Of a stretch of DNA of 32,000 nt, positions 1 to 10,387 are shown piece by piece (the stretch's first letter is position 1; every line of letters starts with the position of its first letter). A program made the position numbers and the translations under genes. The DNA is taken from contig NC_010630.1 of NCBI RefSeq assembly GCF_000020025.1, positions 91,029 to 123,028 on the forward strand. Direction: 5' to 3'. This DNA is from Nostoc punctiforme PCC 73102. Lineage in GTDB: Bacteria > Cyanobacteriota > Cyanobacteriia > Cyanobacteriales > Nostocaceae. The notes under the pieces are model-generated. The model did no database searches. It was not told the DNA's origin and was given only the letters and a program-made list of their open reading frames with translations.

Positions 1-3000
1 TTCCATTCCACCAACAACTGATTTCGCTCGGGCTTACTCAACAGGGGTAACTCTGATAACTGTTGCTGGGGATTAGCCACAATTCCTTCGAGCAGTAATT
101 GAAAATGCCCCGCCATCCGAGTAATCGTAGCAGCATCAAATAAATCGGTGTCGTATTCCCATACCCCTACCAACTCCAGATCTGTTTCTAGTATTGATAA
201 AGTTAAATCAAACTTGGTCGTGTCAGTTTCTACTGTCAACGAGCTCATACTCAACCCAGTCATATCTAAAGCACTCATCGGCACATTTTGCAGGTCGAAC
301 ATCACCTGAAATAGGGGTGTATGGCTTAAAGAACGCTCTGGTTGTAATGCTTCTACCAACTGCTCGAAGGGGATGTCTTGATGTGTATAGGCTTCTAGGG
401 CTACCGATCTTACTCGCGACAGTAATTCGGCAAAACTGGGGTTGCCTGATAAATCGGTTCGCATTACCAGGGTGTTGACGAAAAAGCCAATCAATCCTTC
501 AATTTCCTGGTGCTGGCGGTTAGCTATCGGCGTCCCTACACAAATGTCATCGCTGCTAGTATAGCGGTAGAGCAAGGTATCAAATGCCGCCAATAAGGTC
601 ATGAACAGAGTTACACCTTGCTGCCGACTCAATAACCGCAGTGCTTGCGATAGTTCCACTGGAATTGTGATCTGTTGATGAGATCCTCGGAAAGATTGGA
701 ATGCTGGTCGCGGGCGATCTGTTGGCAGTGCCAATAATGTGGACACCCCAGCTAGTTTTTTTTGCCAGTAATTAAGTTGAGATTCTAGGACTTCACCCTG
801 CAACCACTTGCGCTGCCAAGCGGCAAAATCTACATACTGAACCGATAGTTTTGGTAATGGTGAAGGTTGACCTTGAGAATAAGCATTATACAGTGCGGCT
901 AACTCTCGGACAAACACTCCCATTGACCAACCATCGGAGATGATGTGGTGCATGGTCAGCAACAAGACGTGTTCTGTCTGATGAACTTGCACCAGTTTCG
1001 TCCGCACTAACGGCTCTTGCGCTAGGTCAAAGGGTTGCTGGGCTGAATCGGTTCCTAAGCGAGTCGTTTCTAGTTCTCGTGCTGCTTCTGGTAGAGATTG
1101 TAAGTCGATCACCTCCAGCGTCAAATTGTGGGTGGCAGCGATGACTTGCACTGGAATACCATCTGTGGCGGTAAAGTTGGTGCGTAAGGCTTCGTGGCGA
1201 CGGATGATCTCATTGATACTCTCTTGCAGAGCCACCACATCGAGTTGACCGGCCATACGTAGGAATACCGGAATGTTGTAAAAGGCGCTGTGGGGCTGTA
1301 ATTGGTTTAAAAACCACAATCTCGCTTGAGCAAATGACAAGGGTAGTTCCCCATCTCTGGCAATTGGTCTTAACGGTGGTGCGGTTAATTGCTCATCTGG
1401 CTGGATGGCTAGTTGAATAATTTGTGCTAACTTGGCGACTGTGGGATGTTGAAATAAACTCCTTAATGGGATTTCTAACGAAATGGTGGAACGCACTTGC
1501 GCGATCACTTGGGTTGCTAGTAACGAATTTCCGCCTAATTCAAAGAAATTGTCGTGGATACCTATTTGCTCAACTTTGAGGATGTTTGCCCAGATGAAGG
1601 TTAGCATTTCCTCAATCGGAGTTCGCCCAGCTTCAAACTCTAGCTTCTGGTCGGAACGCATTTCTGGTGCAGGCAGTGCTTTGCGATCAACTTTGCCATT
1701 TGGTGTCAGTGGGAGTGCTTCCAAGATGACGAAGTGTGATGGCACCATATAGGCGGGTAATTGCTCTTGCAAGAATTCACGCAGATGAGCGATCCTTATC
1801 TGTTGCCATCCCGGTTGTGATAGCTTGAACTCAATGGGGTCATGGACTTCCGATGGACTGGCAGGATAGTGCTCAATAGTAGGCACGACATAGGCTACTA
1901 ATTGCCGATTGGCTGACTCACCAACAGAGGTGACTAAGGTTTGCTGGACAGATGGATGCTGACCGAGCACGGACTCGATCTCACCCAGCTCGATGCGAAA
2001 ACCGCGAATCTTTATCTGATGGTCAAGGCGCCCCAGAAACTCAATGTTGCCATTGGGGAGGTAGCGGCCTAAGTCCCCGGTCTTGTAGAGTCGCTCTCCA
2101 GTGACAGGATGGGTGATAAAACTAGTGGCGGTGCGCTCCTCATCCTGCCAGTATCCCCGAGCTAATCCAATGCCACCGATGTAGAGTTCCCCAGGCACCC
2201 ACACTGGACGGGCGTTTAACCGATCATCGAACACAACAAAGGTTTGATTGACCAGTGGCTTACCGTAGGGAATACTGCTCCAGCTTGGGTCTACCTCATC
2301 AATAGGATAGCAGATTGACCAGATGGAGGCTTCGGTTGCTCCTCCCAAACTGACAATCTCCATCTGTGACCACAGTTGTCGCAACTGTGCTGGTAAGCTT
2401 AACGGGAGCCAATCACCGCTCAGGAGAGCTAAGCGCAGACCCTGTGGTGGCGTCATCCGCTCCCTGCTGAGATAGTCAGCTAGCATTTGCCCCAACGCTG
2501 GTACTGTATTCCAGAGGGTGACATGATGTTGTCTCATCAACTCCACCCAATGGGCAGGTTCCTTCACTTCAGTTACCCCCGGCATGACAATCGTGCCTCC
2601 GGCCGCTAACACGCCAAAGATGTCATAGACGGACAGGTCAAAGTTGAGGGCTGAAAGAGCTAACACCCGATCTGCTGGGCTCACACAGAAGCGGGAATTG
2701 ATATCTAGCAGAGTATTGACAGCACTGCAATGGTCGATAGCCACGCCCTTGGGAATCCCGGTAGAGCCAGAAGTGTAGATGACATAAGCCAAATCCTCTG
2801 GTGTCTGCACCCAGGCTAAGGGCAGAGTTGGCTCCTGAGATTGCATCCTCTCATCTATTAGCATCACTGGGATTAACCCAACCCAGGCGCTGGTTGCCAC
2901 TAAGGGATCATCCGTGACAATGACACGGGCTTGACTTTGCTCCAATAGTTGCTGCTGACGTTGGGATGGTAACTGGGGATCTATTGGCACATAGGCGGCT

Positions 3001-4820
3001 CCCGACATCAACACTCCCAACACCGCAGCTACCTGTTTCCAACCCTTGGATATGACTACTGCTACCAATGAGTTGGGTTTTGCCCCTAACTGCTGTAAAC
3101 GATGACCAACCTGATTGGCTAGTCTCCATAATTCTTCATATGTCAATACTCGCTCTGGTGAAATCACGGCGGGTGAGTGCTTTCTGAGTTCTGCTTGTTT
3201 GGCGAATAACGTATGTAGCAACTCACCGCTATTGGGTGCGGGCGTTTGATTGACCCCTGCCCTTTGCTCTAGTTGGTAAGCTGGCACTAATTGTCGTTGG
3301 GGTTGCTGCCAAACGGCTTCTTTTGTTGCTAACTCGACCAATAATTGACAATATGTTTCAAACATATCGTCTATCATTTCCTCTGGGAATAAGTCTGCCA
3401 CCACATCCCAATTAAACACTAATCTCTCTTCTTCCTCTGATACTTGATGATCTAGCCACACCTGCGGGGTTTGGCTGACACCATAAACTATTTCACCTAG
3501 TTGATTTAATCCGTTGGCGGTGTTGGTCAAAAAATTATGTGTTAAAGCGCTAGTGAAAACTACTGGCATCATGGCTCGGTGCGTACCGCCTTGTCGTCGC
3601 GCTAATTCTCGCATTACCTCGACACCACTAACATAGCGATGGTCTAAATCCTGCCACAATTGTTGCTGTAGTCGGAGGGCACGGTTGCCAAATGTTTCTG
3701 AGGTGGAGTTATTTACTTCCAGTAACGTTACTGATGTGAAGTCGCCCACAATCTCATTCACTTGGGGATGCAACGGTAGGCGATTAAACAGGGTGAGATT
3801 GATAGTAAATTTTGGACTCTTACTCCACGCCGTCAGCACCTCGGCAAATGCTGCTAGCAATACTCCAGATGGGGTTAATCCCACTGCCTGGGCACGCTGT
3901 TTTAATTGTTGCCACTTCTGTTGGTCTAATTGAGCACTGTGACGCACAAATGTTGGCTGTTTGAGGACACTCTTTGCTAAGGGTAATTCCGGTGCTGGGG
4001 GTAAAGTATCTAATCGGTTCCACCAGTAGCTTTGTGCCCGTTGATATAATTGTGTTTCTTTTACCTGTCTCTCTGCTAGAACATAGTCCCGGAATGATAG
4101 TTCTAATGGCGGCAGTTGAGTTTCTGGGTTCTGGTAAAGTTGATTCAACTCTTTTAACAACTGCTGTAAACTCCCTAAATCTGCCATTAGCAGATCGAAA
4201 CTCACGTGAAGTCGATATCGCTTTTGGTCAAAACGAGTGGCTCGGATCTCAAATAGTGGCCATTTATCAGGTGGCAGCACCTGGTGAGACATTTGCTCGC
4301 GAATCTCTTCACATTTAACGACTGCAACTTCAGGTTCGAATTCTTGTAAATTTAATATTTCAATCTCATAGGGCGGAACCGCCTTTAAAATTTGTTGCTC
4401 GCCACTGGGTAGCACAACCGCCCGTAGCATATCGTGACGTAAAATTAACTTTTGCCAAGCCTCTTTGAAAAGTTTTATATCTAAATTATTACTGTCAATT
4501 TCTATGTAAGCATGGGTAGCAACATTACCCAACTCGAAGGTACTACTGCGACCCAGCCAGTAAGCCTGCTGGATATCTGTTAGAGGAAAAGGTTGATAGT
4601 GCTGCTCTGGCCTCGCTTTAATAGGGGGTAAGGAAGAATCATAACCACCTATTGTGTTCTGGCGTAGCAACTCAATAACATCTGCCTTATGAGTGGTAAG
4701 TGTATCAAGTAATTCTTGTGTCAGTACTCCCTTATGAGCACGAATACGCAGTTGATCTCCTTCCACCCAAAGCTTTACTTTTCGATTAAAAAGCTCAATT
4801 ATAAGTTCATTTTTGTTCAT
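1..4820 (-). CDS. Non-ribosomal peptide synthetase, partial. The start is in the window and the 3' part runs off the left edge. Domains: docking-like N-terminus, heterocyclization (Cy), A (Cys-like), PCP, C, then the start of the next A domain.
   Basis: ATG at 4820-4818 lies 5 nt after the PKS stop. The minus-strand frame stays open to the window edge; I checked it at the start, at the HHxxxDG codons (~953) and at the edge (~59). It is absent from the ORF track only because it has no in-window stop. The translation starts MNKNELIIELFNRKVKLWVEGDQLRIRAHKG (TubC-type docking-like). It then shows FPLTDIQQAYWLGR (Cy), ALNFDLSVYDIFGVLAAGGTIVMP (A4 region with D-L-Y as in Cys codes), ELGGNSLLATQV (PCP), MHHIISDGWS (C domain) and ERNQLLVEWN at the edge. 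Confidence 0.88.
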   Translation of the reverse strand, partial: MNKNELIIELFNRKVKLWVEGDQLRIRAHKGVLTQELLDTLTTHKADVIELLRQNTIGGYDSSLPPIKARPEQHYQPFPLTDIQQAYWLGRSSTFELGNVATHAYIEIDSNNLDIKLFKEAWQKLILRHDMLRAVVLPSGEQQILKAVPPYEIEILNLQEFEPEVAVVKCEEIREQMSHQVLPPDKWPLFEIRATRFDQKRYRLHVSFDLLMADLGSLQQLLKELNQLYQNPETQLPPLELSFRDYVLAERQVKETQLYQRAQSYWWNRLDTLPPAPELPLAKSVLKQPTFVRHSAQLDQQKWQQLKQRAQAVGLTPSGVLLAAFAEVLTAWSKSPKFTINLTLFNRLPLHPQVNEIVGDFTSVTLLEVNNSTSETFGNRALRLQQQLWQDLDHRYVSGVEVMRELARRQGGTHRAMMPVVFTSALTHNFLTNTANGLNQLGEIVYGVSQTPQVWLDHQVSEEEERLVFNWDVVADLFPEEMIDDMFETYCQLLVELATKEAVWQQPQRQLVPAYQLEQRAGVNQTPAPNSGELLHTLFAKQAELRKHSPAVISPERVLTYEELWRLANQVGHRLQQLGAKPNSLVAVVISKGWKQVAAVLGVLMSGAAYVPIDPQLPSQRQQQLLEQSQARVIVTDDPLVATSAWVGLIPVMLIDERMQSQEPTLPLAWVQTPEDLAYVIYTSGSTGIPKGVAIDHCSAVNTLLDINSRFCVSPADRVLALSALNFDLSVYDIFGVLAAGGTIVMPGVTEVKEPAHWVELMRQHHVTLWNTVPALGQMLADYLSRERMTPPQGLRLALLSGDWLPLSLPAQLRQLWSQMEIVSLGGATEASIWSICYPIDEVDPSWSSIPYGKPLVNQTFVVFDDRLNARPVWVPGELYIGGIGLARGYWQDEERTATSFITHPVTGERLYKTGDLGRYLPNGNIEFLGRLDHQIKIRGFRIELGEIESVLGQHPSVQQTLVTSVGESANRQLVAYVVPTIEHYPASPSEVHDPIEFKLSQPGWQQIRIAHLREFLQEQLPAYMVPSHFVILEALPLTPNGKVDRKALPAPEMRSDQKLEFEAGRTPIEEMLTFIWANILKVEQIGIHDNFFELGGNSLLATQVIAQVRSTISLEIPLRSLFQHPTVAKLAQIIQLAIQPDEQLTAPPLRPIARDGELPLSFAQARLWFLNQLQPHSAFYNIPVFLRMAGQLDVVALQESINEIIRRHEALRTNFTATDGIPVQVIAATHNLTLEVIDLQSLPEAARELETTRLGTDSAQQPFDLAQEPLVRTKLVQVHQTEHVLLLTMHHIISDGWSMGVFVRELAALYNAYSQGQPSPLPKLSVQYVDFAAWQRKWLQGEVLESQLNYWQKKLAGVSTLLALPTDRPRPAFQSFRGSHQQITIPVELSQALRLLSRQQGVTLFMTLLAAFDTLLYRYTSSDDICVGTPIANRQHQEIEGLIGFFVNTLVMRTDLSGNPSFAELLSRVRSVALEAYTHQDIPFEQLVEALQPERSLSHTPLFQVMFDLQNVPMSALDMTGLSMSSLTVETDTTKFDLTLSILETDLELVGVWEYDTDLFDAATITRMAGHFQLLLEGIVANPQQQLSELPLLSKPERNQLLVEW

Positions 4821-4825
4821 AAAAT

Positions 4826-7800
4826 TTATAAAATTATTTCTTCTAAATTGTCAGTTAATTCGTTGGATGGCTGTTCTGATTGGATTAGGCTTGTCAATGC
4901 TAATTGCTCAATTAGAGCTAAAGCTAATTGAACGACGCTAGAGCTCTCAGCAATTTTTCGTATCGGCAGTTCTATCCCCAGTTCATTTTTGATTTTGTTC
5001 TTAAAATCAATGCTCATCAAAGAATCAAATCCTAATTCATTTAATGATTGGTTTGGATCTATCTGTTGGGATGAGCTAATTCCAAGAACTTTAGCTACCC
5101 CATCTTGAAGATAAGCAACTAAAAGTTCCAAACGTTCGTTTGCAGAAGCTTCTTTTAAACGACGTATCAATTCGATTTGCTTAACTTGTGATTGGCCATC
5201 TTTTACTTGTTGCTGCAATTGGTAAACAAACTCAGAGAAGAAGGGGGGTTCACCACCGGGCGGGAATTGCTGTAGAAATTTTGACCATTTTACAGGTAAA
5301 ACTCCAACTTGAACTGAGGATTGCAATAGCAAATAATCTAATACCTGCAATCCCTCCTTAGAATTTATGAACTCCATCCCTTTCCTCCCAAGAAGCCGCT
5401 CACCTTCCCGGCGATCAGGTTCGGGTGTCGATTCTTTTAGCGACCAAACCCCCCAGTTGATGCTTAATCCTGCTAGTCCCCGATTTCGACGATAATGAGC
5501 TAAGGCATCTAGAAAAGCATTAGCAGCCGCATAGTTGGCTTGACCTGAATTACCCAGTAGAGAACTAAGCGAAGAAAACAACACAAAGAACTCCAAGGGA
5601 GTGTCTTGGGTCAAAGTGTGTAGATTCCATGCTCCTTCGACCTTGGAAGCCATTACCTGGCTAAAGCGCTCCCAAGAAAGTTGCAGCAGCGTGCTGTCAT
5701 CGATGACTCCAGCAGCGTGAATGACCCCTCGCAAAGGTGGCAGGGATTGCTTGATTTCTGCTAGTACCTGGGCGATTTGTCCTTCCTGGGATACATCTGC
5801 CATCCGCACTACCACTTGAGTGCCCATCTGTTCTAGTTCCCTTAGCTGACTGTTAGCAGCAAAACTAGCACTGTTACGCCCTAATATAACTAGGTACTTT
5901 GCTCCACATTCCACCAACCAACGAGCCACTAGCAAACCTAGATATCCCAACCCTCCTGTAATTAAGTAAGTACTATCGCCACGACAATTAAGCTTATTGT
6001 GAACTACAGGAGCCTGAAACTGCCTAGACACCAGCCTCGGCACCAGACGGTTGCCCTTGCAAAAAGCCACTTGATCTTCTGAACTTTTTGACCAGATTTC
6101 CTCAAATAAAGTTTGTGCATTATCATCTGGTGCATTCGGATCCAAATCCACCCGCACGCAGTTAAATTCTGGATATTCCAAGGCGATAACTTTCCCCATT
6201 CCCCATAGGGGAGATTGAGCAACTCCTGAAACAGCAGACTCTACCCCCACTAAAATAGCACCTCGGGTAACTAACCACAGAGTAGGAGGCTGCTTCAATT
6301 CCGCCTTGACCAAGGCTTGAACTAAGTACAAGGTACTACCACATGCTTTATGTGAGGCTGCTTCTAAATCAGTTACAGTCAAATCTTGTGCCTCTGGTGC
6401 CTCTAAGCTCCAAAGATGCACTACCCCCCGTATACCAGTCCCCACTGTTTCTTTGAGCAGCTGTTGAAAGTCTGCGAAACTGGCAAGGTCGATCCTGAAC
6501 TCTTGTTCTGCTAACTGTTCGTAATTTTCTCCTGAGAATATTAAAGTACAGGTCTGGCCTCTAGCCCTCAAAAATGTTGCCAATTGTTGACCAATCCCCA
6601 AACTATCAGCCAAAATTAGCCAATTTTTATACTGATCTCCGATCGCTTCATTTACCTGGGGCAATATGCGCTCGCTAATTGCAGAGGGAGTAAGCAAATT
6701 TTCGGCTGGTGATAGTGGGAATAGACGTGCCTGCGATCGCCACTCTACTTCATATAAAGAATTAAGCAGAAGCTGGGGTGCTGTACCCACCAGAGCTTCA
6801 CTGCTTACTTGCTTAAGCACTAAACCTTCCACAGTTATTATCACCCGTCCATCTGGACTAACTAGTTGCAAGTCAGCAGTCAAGGTCTGTTGATTTGTTT
6901 CTTTAACCGGACGCATTTGAGCGTAACTCCATAAGGTAGAGTCTGGATAACCGAACACAGCAAGGCGTTCTAAACCCACCAAAACATATGTATCTTCCGT
7001 GTTGGTATCGTGGATACCAGCCTTTAAAACCTGAAAGCAGGCATCTAGCAGCGAGGGATGTAACTTATAATTCACAGCTTCTAAATGCAATGCCTCTGGC
7101 AAACGAATCTGACCTAAAACTTCTCCATTCTGTCGCCAAAGTCGTTCAATCCCTTGGAAGCTAGCTCCATAGTCAATTCCCTGATCGCAACACTTCTGGT
7201 AATAGTCTTCAGGTGATATTTCTTCACTACGCTGGGTTAATTGTTCTAAGTTAACATGAGGAATTTCCAAGCCTTTCTCTGACAGCAGTAATTTAGCGGA
7301 TGCATGGAGTATCCATAAATCAGCTGATTGTTCTGCCACTTGATTAAAGCTAAAAATCTGGAATGAATACTCTAAATTCCCTGTAGGGGTCAAAATTAAC
7401 TGAAGTGTTTTTTCTTGATTCGGTGGCAATATCAGAACTTGATGGATGACAAATTCTTCTAAAATTAACTTGTCTGATTTGAAAACTTCAGCTCCAGCAA
7501 ACAAAGCCATTTCTAAGTAACCTGACGCTGGAAAAATAGTTTGTTGGTAGATCCGATGGTGTTCTAAAAAAGCAGGAAAATTTTCGCTAATTTTGGATTC
7601 AAATTGAATCTCGTTATTTTTAAGCGCTGCCGATTGCAATCTTTGACCGAGTAAGGGGTGAATTACCTGGTTTCGGATGCCATTTAGTGCTAGGTGGGAC
7701 TTAGTATCAATTAAAATTCCAGGTTTATCGATCCAATAGCGCTGTCGTTGGAAAGGATAAGTCGGCAGTTCTAACCTGGAACGCAGATAGTTTTGGTCAA

Positions 7801-10387
7801 AGCCAAACCAGTCTACTTGCACACCACGAACATATAGCGCTGCTAAACTCTGAAGTAGTTGTTGCCAATCTGAATACCTTTGGCGCAAACTGGGTATGAA
7901 AACTCCCACTTCATCCAAACACTGATGCCCCATATCCAATAATGTTGGGTTCGGGCCTATTTCCACAAAAACTTCACAACCCCGATCGTGAAGTGTCTTC
8001 ATGCCCTCAGCAAATCTTACTGGCTGCTTGATATGGCGACACCAGTATTCTGGCGTTGCTATTTCACTACCAATCAGTTTTCCAGTAACATTTGAACTCA
8101 ATTCAATTTTAGGAGCAGAATATGCAATAGAGGCGGCAACCTTTTCAAAATCCGCCAAGATTGGTTCCATCATCGGTGAGTGGAAGGCATGGGAAACCTT
8201 TAATTTTTTCGTCTTGATTCCTTCTGCTTCCAAAACAGCACATACTGCTTCTACCGCTTTATTGCCACCCGAAATTACCGTATTTTGCGGACTATTGATA
8301 GCAGCGATCGCCACTTCCGACGAGACAGCTACAGCTTGAATAGCCTCGCGAACTTTGCTTTCAGAGGCAAACACCGCCACCATTTTGCCATTTTGAGTCA
8401 AGGCTTGCATTAAACGTCCGCGTTCACTAATCAGCTTTAAGGCATCCTCTAAGCTGAAAATTTCTGCTACAGTTGCAGCGACATATTCCCCTATACTATG
8501 ACCTATGACTATATCTGGTTTAATACCCCAAGACTTCCATAACTCATATAGGGAATACTCTAAAGCAAATAAAGCGGGTTGTGTATAAGCGGTTTCATCT
8601 ATTAGTGAAGTTTCCTCAGATTCTGGATACAAGATACTGAGTAGGGATTTTTCTAAATAGGGACGTAGAATGTCATTGCAACGATCAAGAGTTTGACGAA
8701 AAATAGGGGCTTCTTCGTAGAGTTGGCGTCCCATACCTATGTATTGGGATCCCTGACCAGTGAATAAAAATGCTATTTTAGGACTTTCTGCTTCATTTAC
8801 CTGTCCGCTTACCAGTCCAGCAGCCTCTACCCCAGCAACGAAAGTACCTAATTGCTCTCTCATCTGTGCAATGGATTCAGATACCACAGCAAGACGGCAA
8901 TCAAAATGCGTTCGTCCTGTATGAGCTGTAAAGCAAATATCTGGATGAGACGCTTCAGGATGAGACGCTAAGAAATTCTCATAGCGACTTGCCAGTTCTT
9001 GCAAAGCCTTTTGACTTTTTGCTGATAGGCTAAGAATGTGTAATGAGCGCTCAACTTGATTGGCTACTGGTATTAGTGCTGGCGCTTCTTCTAAAATCAC
9101 ATGAGCGTTAGTACCTCCCATGCCAAAAGAGCTGACTCCGGCACAGCGAGGTTTTCCATCCGTTTTCCATTCAGACAGCTTGGTATTGACGTAAAAAGGA
9201 CTGTTAGCAAAATCAATTTGGGGATTAGGTTCTTCAAAGTGCAGGCTAGGTGGCAACAACTTATATTTGAGCGCTAGAACCGTTTTGATCAGACCTGCAA
9301 CACCAGCAGCTGCATCTAAATGTCCAATGTTTGTTTTGACAGAACCAATAGCGCAGAAACCCTTTTTCTGCGTAGTAGTGCGAAAAACTTGTGTGAGGGC
9401 GGCAATTTCAATCGGGTCTCCTAGATTTGTTCCTGTACCATGTGCCTCTATATAAGAAATTGTCTCAGCATCAATCCCAGCCATAGCATGAGCCATAGCA
9501 ATTACCTCGGACTGACCATCCACGCTGGGAGCAGTATAGCCAACTTTCAGTGCACCATCGTTGTTAATAGCTGTCCCCTTGATAATTGCATGGATGCAGT
9601 CTCGATCGGTGATAGCATCTGCCAACCGTTTTAAAACTACAATTCCTACGCCACTGCCATATATAGTTCCCCCTGCTTTAGCATCGAAAGAACGGCAGTG
9701 TCCGTCAGGAGATAGGATACTTCCTTCTTCGTAAATATAGCCAATTTCTTGCGGAACTCTGACTGTAATGCCACCAGCTAAAGCTAGATCGCATTGATAA
9801 CTCAATAAGCTATCGCAGCCCATGATTACAGATACTAAAGATGTGGAACAAGCTGTTTGAATGGTAACGCTCAAACCTTTGAGGTTTAATTTGTAAGATG
9901 TATGCGTAGCTAAATAATCTTTATCATTTCCAATCAAATTCTGGAGATAATTTGTTGCTTTTGTTAAGTCCAAAGTATGCAAAAGATTAAACAACAGGTA
10001 GTTGCTAATGCTTTTTCCTGCAAAAACCCCAGTGGAGCAGTTAGATTTTTTAGGATTGTAACCTGCATTTTCCAGAGCTTCCCAGGCACACTCCATAAAA
10101 ATGCGGTGCTGGGGATCTGTGATTTCAGCTTCCCTAGGGCTGAAACCGAAGAATGGAGCATCAAACAAATCTATGTCTTTTAGGACAGAGCTAGCTTTAA
10201 CATAGTTTGGATGACCCAACACTGATGGAGATACTCCTGAACCCAATATTCTATCATCATTAAGAAATGAAATTGACTCTACACCATTTTTTAAATTCTG
10301 CCAAAATTCTTCAAGATTTTTGGCTCCAGGAAATCGACCACTCATGCCAATGATAGCAATATCTCCTGACCGATCATATTCACTCAT
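4826..10387 (-). CDS. Type I polyketide synthase module: KS-AT(malonyl-type)-DH-KR(B-type)-ACP
   Basis: 1853-aa ORF. KS: DIAIIGMSGRFPGA, TACSTSLV (Cys180, codon at 9848-9850), EAHGTGT, NIGH. AT: GHSIGEY and HAFHS (malonyl-type motif). DH: HPLLG, HRIYQQTIFP, GIDYGASF, LLDACFQ. KR: YLITGGLGYLG, VIDD (LDD-like, B-type), NYAAANAF. ACP: LGFDSLMSI. ATGA start/stop overlap with the upstream gene. Confidence 0.95.
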   Translation of the reverse strand: MSEYDRSGDIAIIGMSGRFPGAKNLEEFWQNLKNGVESISFLNDDRILGSGVSPSVLGHPNYVKASSVLKDIDLFDAPFFGFSPREAEITDPQHRIFMECAWEALENAGYNPKKSNCSTGVFAGKSISNYLLFNLLHTLDLTKATNYLQNLIGNDKDYLATHTSYKLNLKGLSVTIQTACSTSLVSVIMGCDSLLSYQCDLALAGGITVRVPQEIGYIYEEGSILSPDGHCRSFDAKAGGTIYGSGVGIVVLKRLADAITDRDCIHAIIKGTAINNDGALKVGYTAPSVDGQSEVIAMAHAMAGIDAETISYIEAHGTGTNLGDPIEIAALTQVFRTTTQKKGFCAIGSVKTNIGHLDAAAGVAGLIKTVLALKYKLLPPSLHFEEPNPQIDFANSPFYVNTKLSEWKTDGKPRCAGVSSFGMGGTNAHVILEEAPALIPVANQVERSLHILSLSAKSQKALQELASRYENFLASHPEASHPDICFTAHTGRTHFDCRLAVVSESIAQMREQLGTFVAGVEAAGLVSGQVNEAESPKIAFLFTGQGSQYIGMGRQLYEEAPIFRQTLDRCNDILRPYLEKSLLSILYPESEETSLIDETAYTQPALFALEYSLYELWKSWGIKPDIVIGHSIGEYVAATVAEIFSLEDALKLISERGRLMQALTQNGKMVAVFASESKVREAIQAVAVSSEVAIAAINSPQNTVISGGNKAVEAVCAVLEAEGIKTKKLKVSHAFHSPMMEPILADFEKVAASIAYSAPKIELSSNVTGKLIGSEIATPEYWCRHIKQPVRFAEGMKTLHDRGCEVFVEIGPNPTLLDMGHQCLDEVGVFIPSLRQRYSDWQQLLQSLAALYVRGVQVDWFGFDQNYLRSRLELPTYPFQRQRYWIDKPGILIDTKSHLALNGIRNQVIHPLLGQRLQSAALKNNEIQFESKISENFPAFLEHHRIYQQTIFPASGYLEMALFAGAEVFKSDKLILEEFVIHQVLILPPNQEKTLQLILTPTGNLEYSFQIFSFNQVAEQSADLWILHASAKLLLSEKGLEIPHVNLEQLTQRSEEISPEDYYQKCCDQGIDYGASFQGIERLWRQNGEVLGQIRLPEALHLEAVNYKLHPSLLDACFQVLKAGIHDTNTEDTYVLVGLERLAVFGYPDSTLWSYAQMRPVKETNQQTLTADLQLVSPDGRVIITVEGLVLKQVSSEALVGTAPQLLLNSLYEVEWRSQARLFPLSPAENLLTPSAISERILPQVNEAIGDQYKNWLILADSLGIGQQLATFLRARGQTCTLIFSGENYEQLAEQEFRIDLASFADFQQLLKETVGTGIRGVVHLWSLEAPEAQDLTVTDLEAASHKACGSTLYLVQALVKAELKQPPTLWLVTRGAILVGVESAVSGVAQSPLWGMGKVIALEYPEFNCVRVDLDPNAPDDNAQTLFEEIWSKSSEDQVAFCKGNRLVPRLVSRQFQAPVVHNKLNCRGDSTYLITGGLGYLGLLVARWLVECGAKYLVILGRNSASFAANSQLRELEQMGTQVVVRMADVSQEGQIAQVLAEIKQSLPPLRGVIHAAGVIDDSTLLQLSWERFSQVMASKVEGAWNLHTLTQDTPLEFFVLFSSLSSLLGNSGQANYAAANAFLDALAHYRRNRGLAGLSINWGVWSLKESTPEPDRREGERLLGRKGMEFINSKEGLQVLDYLLLQSSVQVGVLPVKWSKFLQQFPPGGEPPFFSEFVYQLQQQVKDGQSQVKQIELIRRLKEASANERLELLVAYLQDGVAKVLGISSSQQIDPNQSLNELGFDSLMSIDFKNKIKNELGIELPIRKIAESSSVVQLALALIEQLALTSLIQSEQPSNELTDNLEEIIL

